Shown one piece after another: positions 54,686 to 64,000 of a stretch of 64,000 bases of DNA (within the stretch, counting starts at the first letter, position 1; each line of letters begins with the position of its first letter). The DNA is from an uncultured delta proteobacterium. Its GTDB lineage: Bacteria > Desulfobacterota > Binatia > Binatales > Binataceae. Location of the stretch: assembly GCA_963810495.1 (NCBI GenBank), contig CAWENP010000027.1:23139-87138 (forward strand), written 5' to 3'. The notes under the pieces were generated by a model. It ran no database searches, had not been told where the DNA came from, and saw nothing but the letters and a program-made list of their open reading frames with translations. Position numbers and translations under genes: made by a program.

Positions 54686-57139
54686 TCAGGCGACGATGCT
54701 GACGAGCTTGTCGGGGACGTAGATGATCTTCTTCGGCTGCTTGCCGTCGAGGTGGCGCGCGACGGCCTCGCTCCTAAGCGCCATCCCACGCACTTCCTCT
54801 TCGGGCGTCCCGGCGCCGACCTGAAGGCGGTCGCGCACCTTGCCGTTGACCTGCACCACCACCGTGACCATCTCGTCGCGCGCAAGATCCTCGGAGAACT
54901 TCGGCCACGGCTCCAGATGGACCGAGGTCGTATGCCCCAGCGCGCGCCACAGCTCCTCGGCGATATGCGGGGCCATCGGCGCGAGCATCACCACGTAGCT
55001 CTCGAACGCGAAGCGGCCGGCGTCCGCCGGCGCGAGCTTCGTCAGGTAGTTGAGCTGATCCATCAGCGTGGCGAGAGCGGTGTTGAAGCGCAGCCGCTCG
55101 ATATGATCGGTGACGGTCTTGATGGTCTTGTGGACGCGGCGCGTGGTCTCGGCGCTGGGATTGCCGGCCGGGTTTCCGGCCTCGACGAAGCGGCGCATCG
55201 CGTTCCACACGCGCGAGAGATAACGCGCGGTGCCGAACACGCCCTCCTCGTTCCAGTTGGTCGGCTCCTCGAACGGTCCCATGAAGAGCTCCCAAAGCCG
55301 CAGCGCGTCGGCGCCGTATTTGTCGACCATCGCGTCGGGCGTGACCACGTTGCCCTTGCTCTTGGACATCTTCTGGCCGTCGGCAGCCCAGATCATTCCC
55401 TGGTTGCGAAGGACCGCGAACGGCTCCTTGAACTTCACCAGACCCGCGTCGAACATCACCTTGGTCCACATCCGCGCGTACAGCAGATGCATCACGGCGT
55501 GTTCGGCGCCGCCGACGTAGAGGTCGACCGGCAGCCAGTAATCCACCATCGCGGGGTCGAACGGCCCGCGGTCGTAGTGCGGCGAGGCGAAGCGCAGGAA
55601 GTACCACGACGAGCAGGCGAAGCCGTCGAGCGTGTCGGTCTCGCGCTCGGCTGGGCCGCCGCACTTGGGGCAGATGGTGTTGACGAACTCGGGCGAATTG
55701 GCCAGCGGCGACCGCCCGGTGCCCGAGGGCTCATAGTTCTTCATGTCGGGCAGCAGGACGGGGAGCTGCTCCTCGGGGACCGGCACGATACCGTCGCGCG
55801 GGCAGTAGACGATCGGGATCGGGCATCCCCAGTAGCGCTGGCGTGAGATGAGCCAGTCGCGCATCCGGTAGGTGACGGTGGAGCGGCCGATCTCGTGCTC
55901 CTCGGCGTATTTGCACACGGCGCGGATCGCGTCGGCGGTCTTCATCCCGTTGAGGTTGAGATCGCCGCTGGACGAGTTGATATTGATGCCGTAGTCGGAG
56001 AACGCGCGGCCGGCGGGCGGCGGGCTGCCGTCGGCGGGCGCGGTGACTAGGGGAATCTCGAGGCCATACTTGGTCGCGAATTCGTAGTCGCGCTGATCCT
56101 CGCCGGGCGCGCCCATGATCGCGCCGGTGCCGTAGCCCATCAGGACGTAGTCGGCGATCCAGATCGGCACGAGCTTGCCGTTGAACAGGTTGCGCGCGTA
56201 TGCGCCGGTGAAGACGCCGGTCTTTTCCTTGACCGTCGAGAGCCGTTCGATCTCGCTCTGGCGCCGCGCCTGCGCAACGTATTCCTCGACGGCGGCGCGC
56301 TGCTGGGCCGTGGTGACTTCGGCGACCAGCGGATGCTCCGGCGCGAGCACCATGAACGATACGCCGAAGACCGTGTCGGGGCGGGTGGTGAAGAAGCGGA
56401 CCTCCTTGCCCGGATGGCCTTCCACGGGGAAGGCGAGTTCCGCACCCTCGGAGCGCCCGACCCAGTTCCGCTGCATCAGCTTGATCGGCTCCGGCCAATC
56501 GATCCCCTCGAGGTCGTCGAGCAGGCGGTCGGCGTAGGCGGTGATCCTGAAGAACCACTGCTCGAGGTCCTTCTTGGTGACCGGCGTGTCGGTGTGCCGC
56601 CAGCAGCATCCGTTGATCACCTGCTCGTTGGCCAGGACGGTGCGGCACTTCTCGCACCACCATTGCGAGCTAATGGCCCGGAAGGCGAGCCCGCGCTTGA
56701 GCATCAGCAGGAAGAACCACTGCGTCCAGCGATAGTACTCGGGGCTGGAGGAATTGATTTCGCGCGTCCAGTCGTAGGCGCATCCGACCAACTTCAACTG
56801 TCGCTTGAAGTTTGCCGCGTAGCGCGGCACGGTCTCCTTGGGATGCAGCCCCTTGAGCAGAGCGTCGTTCTCGGCCGGCAGGCCGAAGGCGTCCCAGCCC
56901 ATCGCGTGCAGCACGCTGTAACCAGCCATCCGCTTGTAGCGACCAATCACGTCACAAGGAACGTAGTTGTGCAGATGGCCGACCGAGAGGCCGTCGCCCG
57001 ACGGGTACGGAAACATCTCGAGCACGTAGAACTTTGGCCGATCGCGTTCCTCGCGCGTGAGGTAGAGGTCGGCGCGGTCCCATTCGGCCTGCCAGTAGGG
57101 CTCGATTTTCCTGGGCTCGTAGCGTTCGTCCATCGGCAT
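54686..57139 (-). CDS. leuS: Leucine--tRNA ligase
   Basis: MFPYPSG..SVGH (HIGH-like), GWDAFGLPAEN, CP1 FTTRPDT/GTGAIM, SRQRYWG, KMSKSKGN. Confidence 0.97.
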   Translation of the reverse strand: MPMDERYEPRKIEPYWQAEWDRADLYLTREERDRPKFYVLEMFPYPSGDGLSVGHLHNYVPCDVIGRYKRMAGYSVLHAMGWDAFGLPAENDALLKGLHPKETVPRYAANFKRQLKLVGCAYDWTREINSSSPEYYRWTQWFFLLMLKRGLAFRAISSQWWCEKCRTVLANEQVINGCCWRHTDTPVTKKDLEQWFFRITAYADRLLDDLEGIDWPEPIKLMQRNWVGRSEGAELAFPVEGHPGKEVRFFTTRPDTVFGVSFMVLAPEHPLVAEVTTAQQRAAVEEYVAQARRQSEIERLSTVKEKTGVFTGAYARNLFNGKLVPIWIADYVLMGYGTGAIMGAPGEDQRDYEFATKYGLEIPLVTAPADGSPPPAGRAFSDYGININSSSGDLNLNGMKTADAIRAVCKYAEEHEIGRSTVTYRMRDWLISRQRYWGCPIPIVYCPRDGIVPVPEEQLPVLLPDMKNYEPSGTGRSPLANSPEFVNTICPKCGGPAERETDTLDGFACSSWYFLRFASPHYDRGPFDPAMVDYWLPVDLYVGGAEHAVMHLLYARMWTKVMFDAGLVKFKEPFAVLRNQGMIWAADGQKMSKSKGNVVTPDAMVDKYGADALRLWELFMGPFEEPTNWNEEGVFGTARYLSRVWNAMRRFVEAGNPAGNPSAETTRRVHKTIKTVTDHIERLRFNTALATLMDQLNYLTKLAPADAGRFAFESYVVMLAPMAPHIAEELWRALGHTTSVHLEPWPKFSEDLARDEMVTVVVQVNGKVRDRLQVGAGTPEEEVRGMALRSEAVARHLDGKQPKKIIYVPDKLVSIVA

Positions 57140-57363
57140 TCGAAAATTCTCTCCGGAGAGTTAACTTTAGCGCGCGAAGGCTGCCGGTTGAAACCGAGTT
57201 GCGAGGCGCGCCGGCTCGCACTCCATCCCGACCGCAGGCGCCGCGGTCGCCAGGGCGACAAAATGGTTCGTGCGCACGATACTTGTTGATAAAGCTCTTG
57301 TCACGAATGGGCCGGGGCGAGACAATGGGATTATCGGCAGGTAAGCTGAAGGGCACGTCCCAG

Positions 57364-57750
57364 ATGAAAACGCGGAAGGTCAATCACGACGGCCGCAGAT
57401 GGTTAACCCCGTGGCACTTTGCGGTGTTTGCGATGGGCGCGGTAGCCGGTTCGATCCTGGGCGGGTTTTATGGGGCGGCTTATACCAGTGCCGCAGTCAT
57501 CGTGACCTGCTGGTTTGCGGCGCTGATGCTGGTCGCCTTCGATCGTTCGCGAATCCGCGCACCGCGCGCCGCGCCCTCGGGACGGCGCTGGCAATCGCCG
57601 CTGCGTGCGAGCGGCGGTGCGAGTGCTACGCCGGTCCAGGCCGCAGGACGCCGCGGGTCCGGCGCCGCGCTGAACGTCGACGCGGCGCGGCGCTCGCACC
57701 TGCGCACCATCGCCGGCGGCAAGAGCGAGCCGCCCTGGCGCGCTTCCTGA
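57364..57750 (+). CDS. Hypothetical membrane protein
   Basis: Two hydrophobic segments, basic tail ending 'HLRTIAGGK'; start uncertain. Confidence 0.5.
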   Translation: MKTRKVNHDGRRWLTPWHFAVFAMGAVAGSILGGFYGAAYTSAAVIVTCWFAALMLVAFDRSRIRAPRAAPSGRRWQSPLRASGGASATPVQAAGRRGSGAALNVDAARRSHLRTIAGGKSEPPWRAS

Positions 57751-57847
57751 GCGCGGCGCTCGACGCATCCGCGGCGGTAAGAATACCGGCTTTAGGGATC
57801 CCGTGGCGCGCGTCACGCGCCGGCTCGCATCGCATCCAAATTCGTCC

Positions 57848-57896
57848 TTGACATTGCATACCTGACGCGCGCATTTGACATGGCATACGTGCGCGC
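57848..57896 (+). repeat. Imperfect 27-bp-period direct repeat in the adh promoter region
   Basis: TTGACATTGCATACCTGACGCGC / TTGACATGGCATACGTGCGCGC; both copies begin with TTGACA. Confidence 0.6.
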
Positions 57897-57942
57897 CATG
57901 ACTGTGCTTGCGTGACTGCAATGCGTATGGAGGTCAACCGCG

Positions 57943-58992
57943 ATGCGAGCCTTCGTGATGAAAGGAATCGGCAAGGTCGGATTCGCAGATAAACCGATTC
58001 CCACTCCCGGCCCCACCGACGCCATCGTCAAGACCACCAAGGCCCTCATCTGCACCTCCGACGTGCACACGGTCAATGGCGCGATCGGGCCGCGCGACAA
58101 TCTCACCCTGGGCCACGAGGCGGTCGGCAGGGTCCATCAGGTCGGCGCCGCGGTCAAACGCTTCAAGCCGGGCGATCACGTCCTGGTCGGCGCGATTACG
58201 CCCGAGTGGGGCGACGCAGCCTCGCAGGCCGGACACTCCTCGCAATCCGGCGGCGCGCTGGGCGGATGGAAATTCGCCAACATCAAGGATGGCGTGTTCG
58301 CCGAGTACTTCCACGTCAACGAGGCCGACGCCAACATGGCGCACATCCCGGCCGCCGTCGCCGACGACTCGGCGGTCTACTGCTGCGACATGATCTCGAC
58401 CGGACTGATGGCGGCCGAGAACGCCAACATCCCTCCCGGCGGCACGGTCGCGGTGTTCGCGCTTGGCCCGGTCGGTCTGATGGCGGTGGCGGGAGCGCGG
58501 ATGCTCGGCGCGGGCCTGATCATCGGTGTCGACTCGGTGCCGCGCCGCCAGGAACTCGCGCGCTCGTATGGCGCGGATGTAACCGTCGACTTCGAAAGGG
58601 AAGACGCCGTCGCACGCATCACGGATTTGACCGGCGGCGAGGGCGCCGACTCGGCAATCGAGGCGCTGGGCGGCGATCTCTCCTTTCAGAACGCGATCCG
58701 GGTCACCAAGCCAGGTGGCACCATCTCCAACGCCGGCTATCATGGCAAGGGCGAGTTCGTGCACATTCCGCGGATGGAATGGGGTGTGGGGATGGCGGAG
58801 AAGACGATTCGCACGGGGCTATGCCCGGGCGGGCGGCTGCGGATGGAGCGGCTGTTGCGCCTGCTCCAGGGCGGCCGGGTCGACCCGACGCGCCTTACCA
58901 CGCACACCTTTCGCTTCGACGAGTTGGAACGGGCGTTCGAGATGATGGAGCGCAAGCTCGACGGGATCATCAAGCCGCTGATCCTGTTCTAA
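57943..58992 (+). CDS. Zn-dependent NAD(P) alcohol dehydrogenase (secondary-ADH-like)
   Basis: [30 protein letters not shown]; RBS GGAGG. Confidence 0.92.
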   Translation: MRAFVMKGIGKVGFADKPIPTPGPTDAIVKTTKALICTSDVHTVNGAIGPRDNLTLGHEAVGRVHQVGAAVKRFKPGDHVLVGAITPEWGDAASQAGHSSQSGGALGGWKFANIKDGVFAEYFHVNEADANMAHIPAAVADDSAVYCCDMISTGLMAAENANIPPGGTVAVFALGPVGLMAVAGARMLGAGLIIGVDSVPRRQELARSYGADVTVDFEREDAVARITDLTGGEGADSAIEALGGDLSFQNAIRVTKPGGTISNAGYHGKGEFVHIPRMEWGVGMAEKTIRTGLCPGGRLRMERLLRLLQGGRVDPTRLTTHTFRFDELERAFEMMERKLDGIIKPLILF

Positions 58993-58993
58993 G

Positions 58994-59131
58994 ATTCGCC
59001 GGCGCGAAGCCGCCTCGGCGCATCGGACCATCGTCATCGCGATGACCGCGCATGCGCTGAGCGGCGCGCGTGAGAAGTGCCAGGCCGCCGGGATGGACGA
59101 CTACATCAGCAAGCCCGTTGACATGGACGAC
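58994..59131 (+). pseudogene. Remnant of a response-regulator receiver domain (hybrid kinase type)
   Basis: In-frame [43 protein letters not shown]; N-terminal half with the phospho-Asp is absent; begins just after the adh stop. Confidence 0.8.
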
Positions 59132-59412
59132 TCGACGAACGCTGAAGCGCTGGACGCAGGCATCGTCAGCGGGCGCGAAAAAAGACGGTGCCTCGCGCGC
59201 AAGCGAGAACGCCTCGCCCGCCAGCGACGTGCATTCGCGCAACGGTCATCGACTTAGATTTTGCCGGAAATTCTGACGACGCTCTGACTGGAGTGCGTAA
59301 CGCATTCGCGGCCGTGCCGCGCGGGTCGCCTCGCAACCCGGCGCGGCGCGGCGGCGTTCAAAGCCCCGGCGGACGCCCTCGCCCGCCGGATTTAATGTCG
59401 ATACTTGGACTG

Positions 59413-59757
59413 CTACCAGCGCCGGCCGCCACCACCACCGCCGCCGCCACCACGGCCGCCGCGCCCGCCACGATCGCGATCGCCACCGCCGCCCCCACCG
59501 GGACGAGGCCCTTGCTCGCGCGCCTCGTTCACCTTGATGCTGCGTCCCTTGAGCTCAGTGCCGTTGAGCTCCGAGATCGCGCGCGCCGCTTCGTTGGAAT
59601 CAGCCATCTGCACGAAGCCGAAGCCGCGCGATTGACCGGAGAACTTGTCGGTTACGACGGCGACATTGTCGACCTTGCCGATCTGTCCGAACAGCGCTTC
59701 CAAATCCTCGTTGGTCACGGAAAAGGCCAAGTTCCCTACGTACAGCTTTGCGGGCAT
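59413..59757 (-). CDS. RRM RNA-binding protein with Gly/Arg-rich tail
   Basis: RNP2 LYVGNL, RNP1 RGFGFVQM, VNEAR, GGG/RGG tail. Confidence 0.95.
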   Translation of the reverse strand: MPAKLYVGNLAFSVTNEDLEALFGQIGKVDNVAVVTDKFSGQSRGFGFVQMADSNEAARAISELNGTELKGRSIKVNEAREQGPRPGGGGGGDRDRGGRGGRGGGGGGGGGRRW

Positions 59758-59856
59758 CTAACGTGTGCCCTCCTCTATTATTCGCCGGAAGCGCTCGGAC
59801 AGAGAAGCTCGCGAAGCCTGCGGGCTTAAGTGCGGGGTACTAGCCGGTTGCGATTG

Positions 59857-59885
59857 CTTCTATGCTCCGATGGTGTCGATGTCAA
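59857..59885 (-). promoter_or_regulatory. Putative sigma70 promoter of the RRM gene
   Basis: TTGACA, 17 nt, TAGAAG on the minus strand, ~100 nt upstream of the start. Confidence 0.45.
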
Positions 59886-59945
59886 GGCGCTTTGCGCGCG
59901 GCGTCTCGCGCAACGATCGACGAGAGCACTACTCAGTTTCCCAGG

Positions 59946-59980
59946 TTACAAAATCAAGTTACAAAATGAGATTACAAAAT
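59946..59980. repeat. Three TTACAAAAT copies, 13-bp period
   Basis: Copies at 59946, 59959, 59972. Confidence 0.85.
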
Positions 59981-60065
59981 GCATCTTGAGCGCTTCGTCG
60001 CGGTTCGCGCCCGCGGGTTTTTTTCGTCGCGGCCGCGACGATCGATCTCACTTTTATCTGCGCGA

Positions 60066-60590
60066 CTATAGCCGCGCAGTCTGCGGAACTTCCGACGGCA
60101 GCAGCATCGAAGCCGCGCGCCGGGCGAGCGCGACCGCGCGGCCGGCCAGCGATGGACGTGTCGACCTCGCATCTGACCTCACATTTTGGGCCGTCCGCAT
60201 GCTCGCGAGTCTCGTCCGCAGCGCGAACTCCATCCGCCGAATCCCGGCGGTCAGGTCAGGCGCCACAGGCGCCGTGACCAGGGCAAGCCCTGCCGCCCAG
60301 GCGGCCAGCTCGGCCGGCGTCTCCCAAGGGCCAAAGTCCGCCTCGCCGCTCTCCAGGCAGTCCCGCGCGCAATCGGCCATCTCCGCCGATTCACGGTCGC
60401 AGGCCTGACGGGCCGTCCGATGCGCGGTCCGGGCCGACGCGAAGCTGCGGTCGCGGCCGGCTATCCAGTGATCGGCCCAGGCGAGCCACTTCTGGTCGGT
60501 GTATACTTCGCGGGCGTCGATAATGGCCGCTATCACGTAACGTTCAATTGCGTCGTGGGTTTCGCGGTTCTCGGTAGCGTAGCTGAGCAT
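60066..60590 (-). CDS. Hypothetical protein, Ala-rich helical (possibly Imm5-like or phage-type)
   Basis: 'AREVYTDQKWLAWADHWIAGRDRS' motif; ATG with upstream GGGGAA. Confidence 0.5.
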   Translation of the reverse strand: MLSYATENRETHDAIERYVIAAIIDAREVYTDQKWLAWADHWIAGRDRSFASARTAHRTARQACDRESAEMADCARDCLESGEADFGPWETPAELAAWAAGLALVTAPVAPDLTAGIRRMEFALRTRLASMRTAQNVRSDARSTRPSLAGRAVALARRAASMLLPSEVPQTARL

Positions 60591-60864
60591 CGGTATATTC
60601 CCCGGAGTTGGGCAAGTGGGGCGGGCTATCCGCCGACTGCCAAACCTCGTCCTCGACGGCTAAAGAAGCACTTAGTGTGCCGATTGATTCCTTAATCGAA
60701 ATCAAGCTCTTTAGCTTCGCTTTATTAAGCTAATGTGGCGGAGCCGCCACCCGGCTGTCGCACAATCGCAAAGCAGGGCCAATTTGAGCGGTATTATGCA
60801 GAGTACGGCTTTGGCGCCTCGCTTCGGCGGTAAACCGGAACTGCCAGAAGTGTGCTCAATGCGC

Positions 60865-60894
60865 TTGACAGCATAATGCTGTCGAGAGCATATT
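60865..60894 (+). promoter_or_regulatory. TA operon promoter with palindromic operator
   Basis: TTGACA (60865), 18 nt, CATATT; perfect IR GACAGCAT-A-ATGCTGTC (60867-60883) overlaps the -35 and spacer. Confidence 0.7.
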
Positions 60895-60912
60895 CAACCA
60901 GGACGGACTCCA

Positions 60913-61265
60913 ATGGTCGAAGTTGAGGGAAGCCAGGAGTTTGAGGCTTGGTTCCTGACACTGGCCGAGAAGGACGCCGAGGCGGTCGCTCGCGTGGTTG
61001 GTCTTTTGGAGGAAAAGGGCGTGTCGCTCGGTTTTCCCTATACCAGTGACATCAAGGGGTCGCCCCGCTCCGTGAACTGAGAGTTCAATCGCGCGGGCAT
61101 CCGTTGCGAGTTTTTTTCGCGTTCGACCCGTTGCGGCGGGCCGTGTTGCTCTTGGGTGGAGACAAGACCGGGGATGAGCGGTTCTATGAAACCTTCGTGC
61201 CGCACGCGGAGCAAATCTGGACCGAGTACCTGAACGACCTGGAGAAAAAGGAGAAGGGAAGATGA
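60913..61265 (+). pseudogene. RelE/HigB (Gp49-like) toxin, frameshifted
   Basis: MVEVEGSQEFEAWF...LGFPYTSDIKGS then stop at 61080; a different frame continues LRELRVQSRGHPLRVFFAFDPLRRAVLLLGGDKTG to TGA 61265. Confidence 0.85.
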
Positions 61266-61567
61266 AGACCAAACCGTGGCGTGAAATCAGGGCGCAGAAG
61301 TTCTCGCCACAGAAGCTGGAAGAGATTGACCGCGCTGTAGAAGACGAACTGCTCGAAATGGACCTGAAGGAACTCCGTGAGGCCGCCGGCAAGACGCAGG
61401 AGGAATTGGCGGAGGCTCTGAAGAAGGCTCAGTCGGAGATATCGCGGCTTGAAGGCCGCTCGGACTACCGCCTGTCCACGTTGCAGCGGTATGTGGCCGC
61501 GCTCGGCGGCGAACTCGAGGTCGTGGCCAGCTTTGGCAACCGGCGGGTTCGCCTCCGCGCGGCGTAA
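61262..61567 (+). CDS. XRE-family HTH antitoxin (HigA-like)
   Basis: LKELREAAGKTQEELAE..QSEISRLE..RLSTLQRYVAALGG; ATGA overlap with the toxin frame. Confidence 0.9.
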   Translation: MKTKPWREIRAQKFSPQKLEEIDRAVEDELLEMDLKELREAAGKTQEELAEALKKAQSEISRLEGRSDYRLSTLQRYVAALGGELEVVASFGNRRVRLRAA

Positions 61568-61643
61568 AAGAGCCGACGTCCCACGGGCTTCGACTGGAAA
61601 CAGAATCTGGCCCGGCGCGACCGGCGCGCCGGGCGGCAACCGC

Positions 61644-62828
61644 CTAACCCGCCGAATTACCGACCACCGACACGAAGCTCACGCAGCGGCCCGGCTGACC
61701 GCCCAGGTTATGCGTCAACCCGAGCTTCGGATTCTTGACCTGACGCTGCGCCGCCTCGCCGCGAAGCTGCAGCCACATCTCGTACATCATGCGCAGCCCC
61801 GATGCGCCAATCGGATGGCCGAACGACTTGAGCCCGCCATCGGGATTGACCGGCAGCCGCCCTTCGAGATCGAAGAAGCCTTCCATCACGTCCTGCCATG
61901 CCGTGCCGCGTGGACTGAATCCGAGGTCCTCGCACAGCACGAGCTCGGTCGGGGTGAAGCAGTCGTGGACCTCGGCGAGACTTATCTGCTCGCGCGCGTT
62001 GGTGATGCCGGCCTGCGCGTAGGCGTCACGCGCGGAGGCGACGACCTCGGGAAACGAGGTGAAGTCGTATTCCTGCGAGAGCGGACCCTCGGCCGGGCCG
62101 GCCACGAACGACAGCGCCTTGATGTAGATCGGATTTTTGCAGTACTTGTGCGCGTCCTCGGCGCGGACCACGATCGCGGCGGCCGATCCGTCGGAGACGC
62201 CGGAGCAATCCATGATGCCGAGCGGGTCGGCAATCTTGGGCGAGTTCTTAATCGTCTCGATCGGCACTTCCTTCTGGAACTGCGCCTTGGGATTGCGCGC
62301 GCCGTTGCGATGGTTCTTCCAGGCAATGCGCGAGAGCACGTCCTTGCCCTTGTCCGGGTCTAGTCCGTATTTCTTGAAGTAGGCGGGCGCGAGGAGCGAG
62401 AACAGCGCCGGCGGCGTCATGCTCGCGGGAGTCCCGTCGTTGGGCGGATTGGTCACGACCAATCCCGAGAAGCCCGAGTCCTTGAGCTTCTCGACGCCGA
62501 TCGCCATCGCCACATCGAACGCGCCGCACGCGACCGCATAGCAGGCCTGCCGCAGCGCCTCGGATCCGGTGGCGCACATGTTCTCGACGCGGGTCACCGG
62601 CTTGTATTGAATCTTCAGCGGCTCCGAGAGCGTGAGCCCTGAAATTCCCGAGCCCATCGTGCCGAGCCAGTACGCGTCGACGTCGTCGGGACCGATACCC
62701 GCCGATTCGTAGGCCTGGTAGGCGGCATCGACCAGCAGGTCCTCGGCGCCCTTGTCCCAGTGCTCGCCGAACTTGGTGCACCCCATCCCGATGATCGCGA
62801 CGCGATCCCTGATTCCTTTGCTTGCCAT
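61644..62828 (-). CDS. Thiolase (SCP-x/archaeal-type acetyl-CoA acyltransferase)
   Basis: ENMCATG, SDGSAA, EVHDCF, VNPDGGL..GHPIGASG, HNLGG. Confidence 0.92.
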   Translation of the reverse strand: MASKGIRDRVAIIGMGCTKFGEHWDKGAEDLLVDAAYQAYESAGIGPDDVDAYWLGTMGSGISGLTLSEPLKIQYKPVTRVENMCATGSEALRQACYAVACGAFDVAMAIGVEKLKDSGFSGLVVTNPPNDGTPASMTPPALFSLLAPAYFKKYGLDPDKGKDVLSRIAWKNHRNGARNPKAQFQKEVPIETIKNSPKIADPLGIMDCSGVSDGSAAAIVVRAEDAHKYCKNPIYIKALSFVAGPAEGPLSQEYDFTSFPEVVASARDAYAQAGITNAREQISLAEVHDCFTPTELVLCEDLGFSPRGTAWQDVMEGFFDLEGRLPVNPDGGLKSFGHPIGASGLRMMYEMWLQLRGEAAQRQVKNPKLGLTHNLGGQPGRCVSFVSVVGNSAG

Positions 62829-62844
62829 CGAAGCCTCCTGGTAC

Positions 62845-64000
62845 CTAGCGCTTGGGCCGCGCCTTCCAGAAATAGTTATGCACGCCGTCGGCGGTAAAGA
62901 GCCGGCGAAAAGTCATTTCCACTTCGTCACCGATCGCGACGCGATCGGGTTCGCAATCCGTCATCTCGCACAGGAACCGCCCGCCGCCCTCGTAATCGAC
63001 CACCGCGTTGACGGTTGGCGGATTGAGCGAGTAGGCAAGGCGGTCCACGGCGTAGGTCGCGATTCGCCCGGTGCGGTCGGCAAATGCGTACGGCTCCATC
63101 TTACCGCGCGCCTGGCATTTAACACATACCAGTTGCGGCGGAAGCTGCGGCGTCCCGCACGCGGTGCATCGCGATCCGATTAGCCCGAACTTCCACTTCT
63201 CCGAGCGCATCATCGGCGGCGCCGCCGGACGCTCCGGGTCAGGCCGCCGCGGCGGCTCGGTGGGCAGGATTTGCCGCCACTTCAGGTAATTGCCGTAGCT
63301 GACGTCGCCTTTGGATTCGATCATGCGGCCAACCGAATGCGCCGGGCGAAATTTCGCCGCCGCCGGCGTGACGCGCAATACGATCGCGTCGGCGCCGTCC
63401 GCCACCGCGGCCATCAACACCAGGTCCCCCGGCTTGAGCGACGGCAGCGCGGCCGTCAGCAGCAGGCCCGCATGCGCGGCGCCGGTCTGCCCGACAGTTA
63501 GCGCGAGCGTATCGGCGAGCTTCGCCGGGTCGAGCTTCATCCCGCGGACGATCTCTTCGGCCGCGCGCGGGTTGGGCGAATCGAGGATCACGCGCGCGAG
63601 CGCCGCCGGAGCCACGCCGGCCTTTTCCAGCACGGACTGAATCGCCTTGCCCAGCAGCGGCACGTAGGCCTGGGTGAGCGCAAAACGCTCCTCCCATGAA
63701 TGGCCGAAACGCTCCTCGGGCATCCGCCAGGTGTCGAGAAACTCACGCGTGAACGAGGCGCTGGCAACGATTTCCGCGATCACGGCGTCGCCGCTGCCCA
63801 TCACGAACGCGGCTGCGCCGTCGCCGCCAGCCTGTTCGAGACGGCCCTCGGGCGCGCCCAACCGGCAATCGGACATCGCGGCGAGCGCCAATCCGCCGCT
63901 GCCCGCCGCGTCGGCCGCCTGCAGCAACGCTGAAAGCCCGGCGCGTACCGAGCCGGTCAAATCGGCCGCGCGGCTCTCCGCCGGCAATTGCGCGGCCGCG
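62845..64000 (-). CDS. HMG-CoA-synthase-like / DUF35 (Zn-ribbon + OB-fold) fusion, 5' end outside the window
   Basis: GDGAAA, VGQTGAAH, CTACG..PP..CVKC Zn ribbon, FRRL...NYFWKARP. Confidence 0.85.
   Translation of the reverse strand, partial: AAAQLPAESRAADLTGSVRAGLSALLQAADAAGSGGLALAAMSDCRLGAPEGRLEQAGGDGAAAFVMGSGDAVIAEIVASASFTREFLDTWRMPEERFGHSWEERFALTQAYVPLLGKAIQSVLEKAGVAPAALARVILDSPNPRAAEEIVRGMKLDPAKLADTLALTVGQTGAAHAGLLLTAALPSLKPGDLVLMAAVADGADAIVLRVTPAAAKFRPAHSVGRMIESKGDVSYGNYLKWRQILPTEPPRRPDPERPAAPPMMRSEKWKFGLIGSRCTACGTPQLPPQLVCVKCQARGKMEPYAFADRTGRIATYAVDRLAYSLNPPTVNAVVDYEGGGRFLCEMTDCEPDRVAIGDEVEMTFRRLFTADGVHNYFWKARPKR

Noticed and set aside
59042-59257. Intact 71-aa response regulator
   Set aside because: Lacks the acidic pocket and phospho-acceptor; similarity ends after KPVD; treated as a remnant
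60591-60860. c-di-GMP or other known riboswitch, or tRNA, in this intergenic region
   Set aside because: Short inverted repeats are present, but no recognisable consensus or cloverleaf by eye
61050-61080. Programmed -1 ribosomal frameshift in the toxin
   Set aside because: No X-XXY-YYZ slippery heptamer at the junction; an indel is simpler
57800-61600. Prophage or integrative element
   Set aside because: No integrase, transposase, att repeats or phage structural genes; only a variable-looking gene patch

Overview
High-GC bacterial chromosomal window, about 68-70% GC by eye. Gene style suggests a Deltaproteobacteria-related lineage such as Ca. Binatia, which is low-confidence inference. Positions 1-13.8 kb hold a minus-strand dcw cluster (mraZ-rsmH-ftsL-ftsI-murE-mraY-murD-ftsW-murG-murC-murB-ftsQ-like-ftsA') that lacks ddl and murF. 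The murF slot holds a structured ~295-bp spacer, and a divergent murF sits ~34 kb away, overlapping arnD. The rest is mostly housekeeping or metabolic: an orphan DUF6079/BrxC-like ATPase, a CoA-transferase, an acyl-CoA dehydrogenase, an apbC-exonuclease-GT2-methyltransferase-ABC pair-aminopeptidase run, a dispersed L-Ara4N (arn)-like pathway with split ArnA, purE, an aminotransferase-serA-purA operon with an attenuator-like leader, and leuS. A small variable region at 57.8-61.6 kb contains an ADH, a receiver-domain remnant, an RRM protein and a frameshifted toxin with intact antitoxin, followed by a thiolase and an HMGS-DUF35 fusion. I saw no rRNA, tRNA, CRISPR array, transposase or integrase. 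The best candidates for novelty are the orphan BREX-like ATPase, the RNA-like element in the murF slot with the displaced MurF, the atypical PurA and its leader, and an AT-rich promoter island inside murG. All family assignments come from motif recognition by eye; no searches were run.
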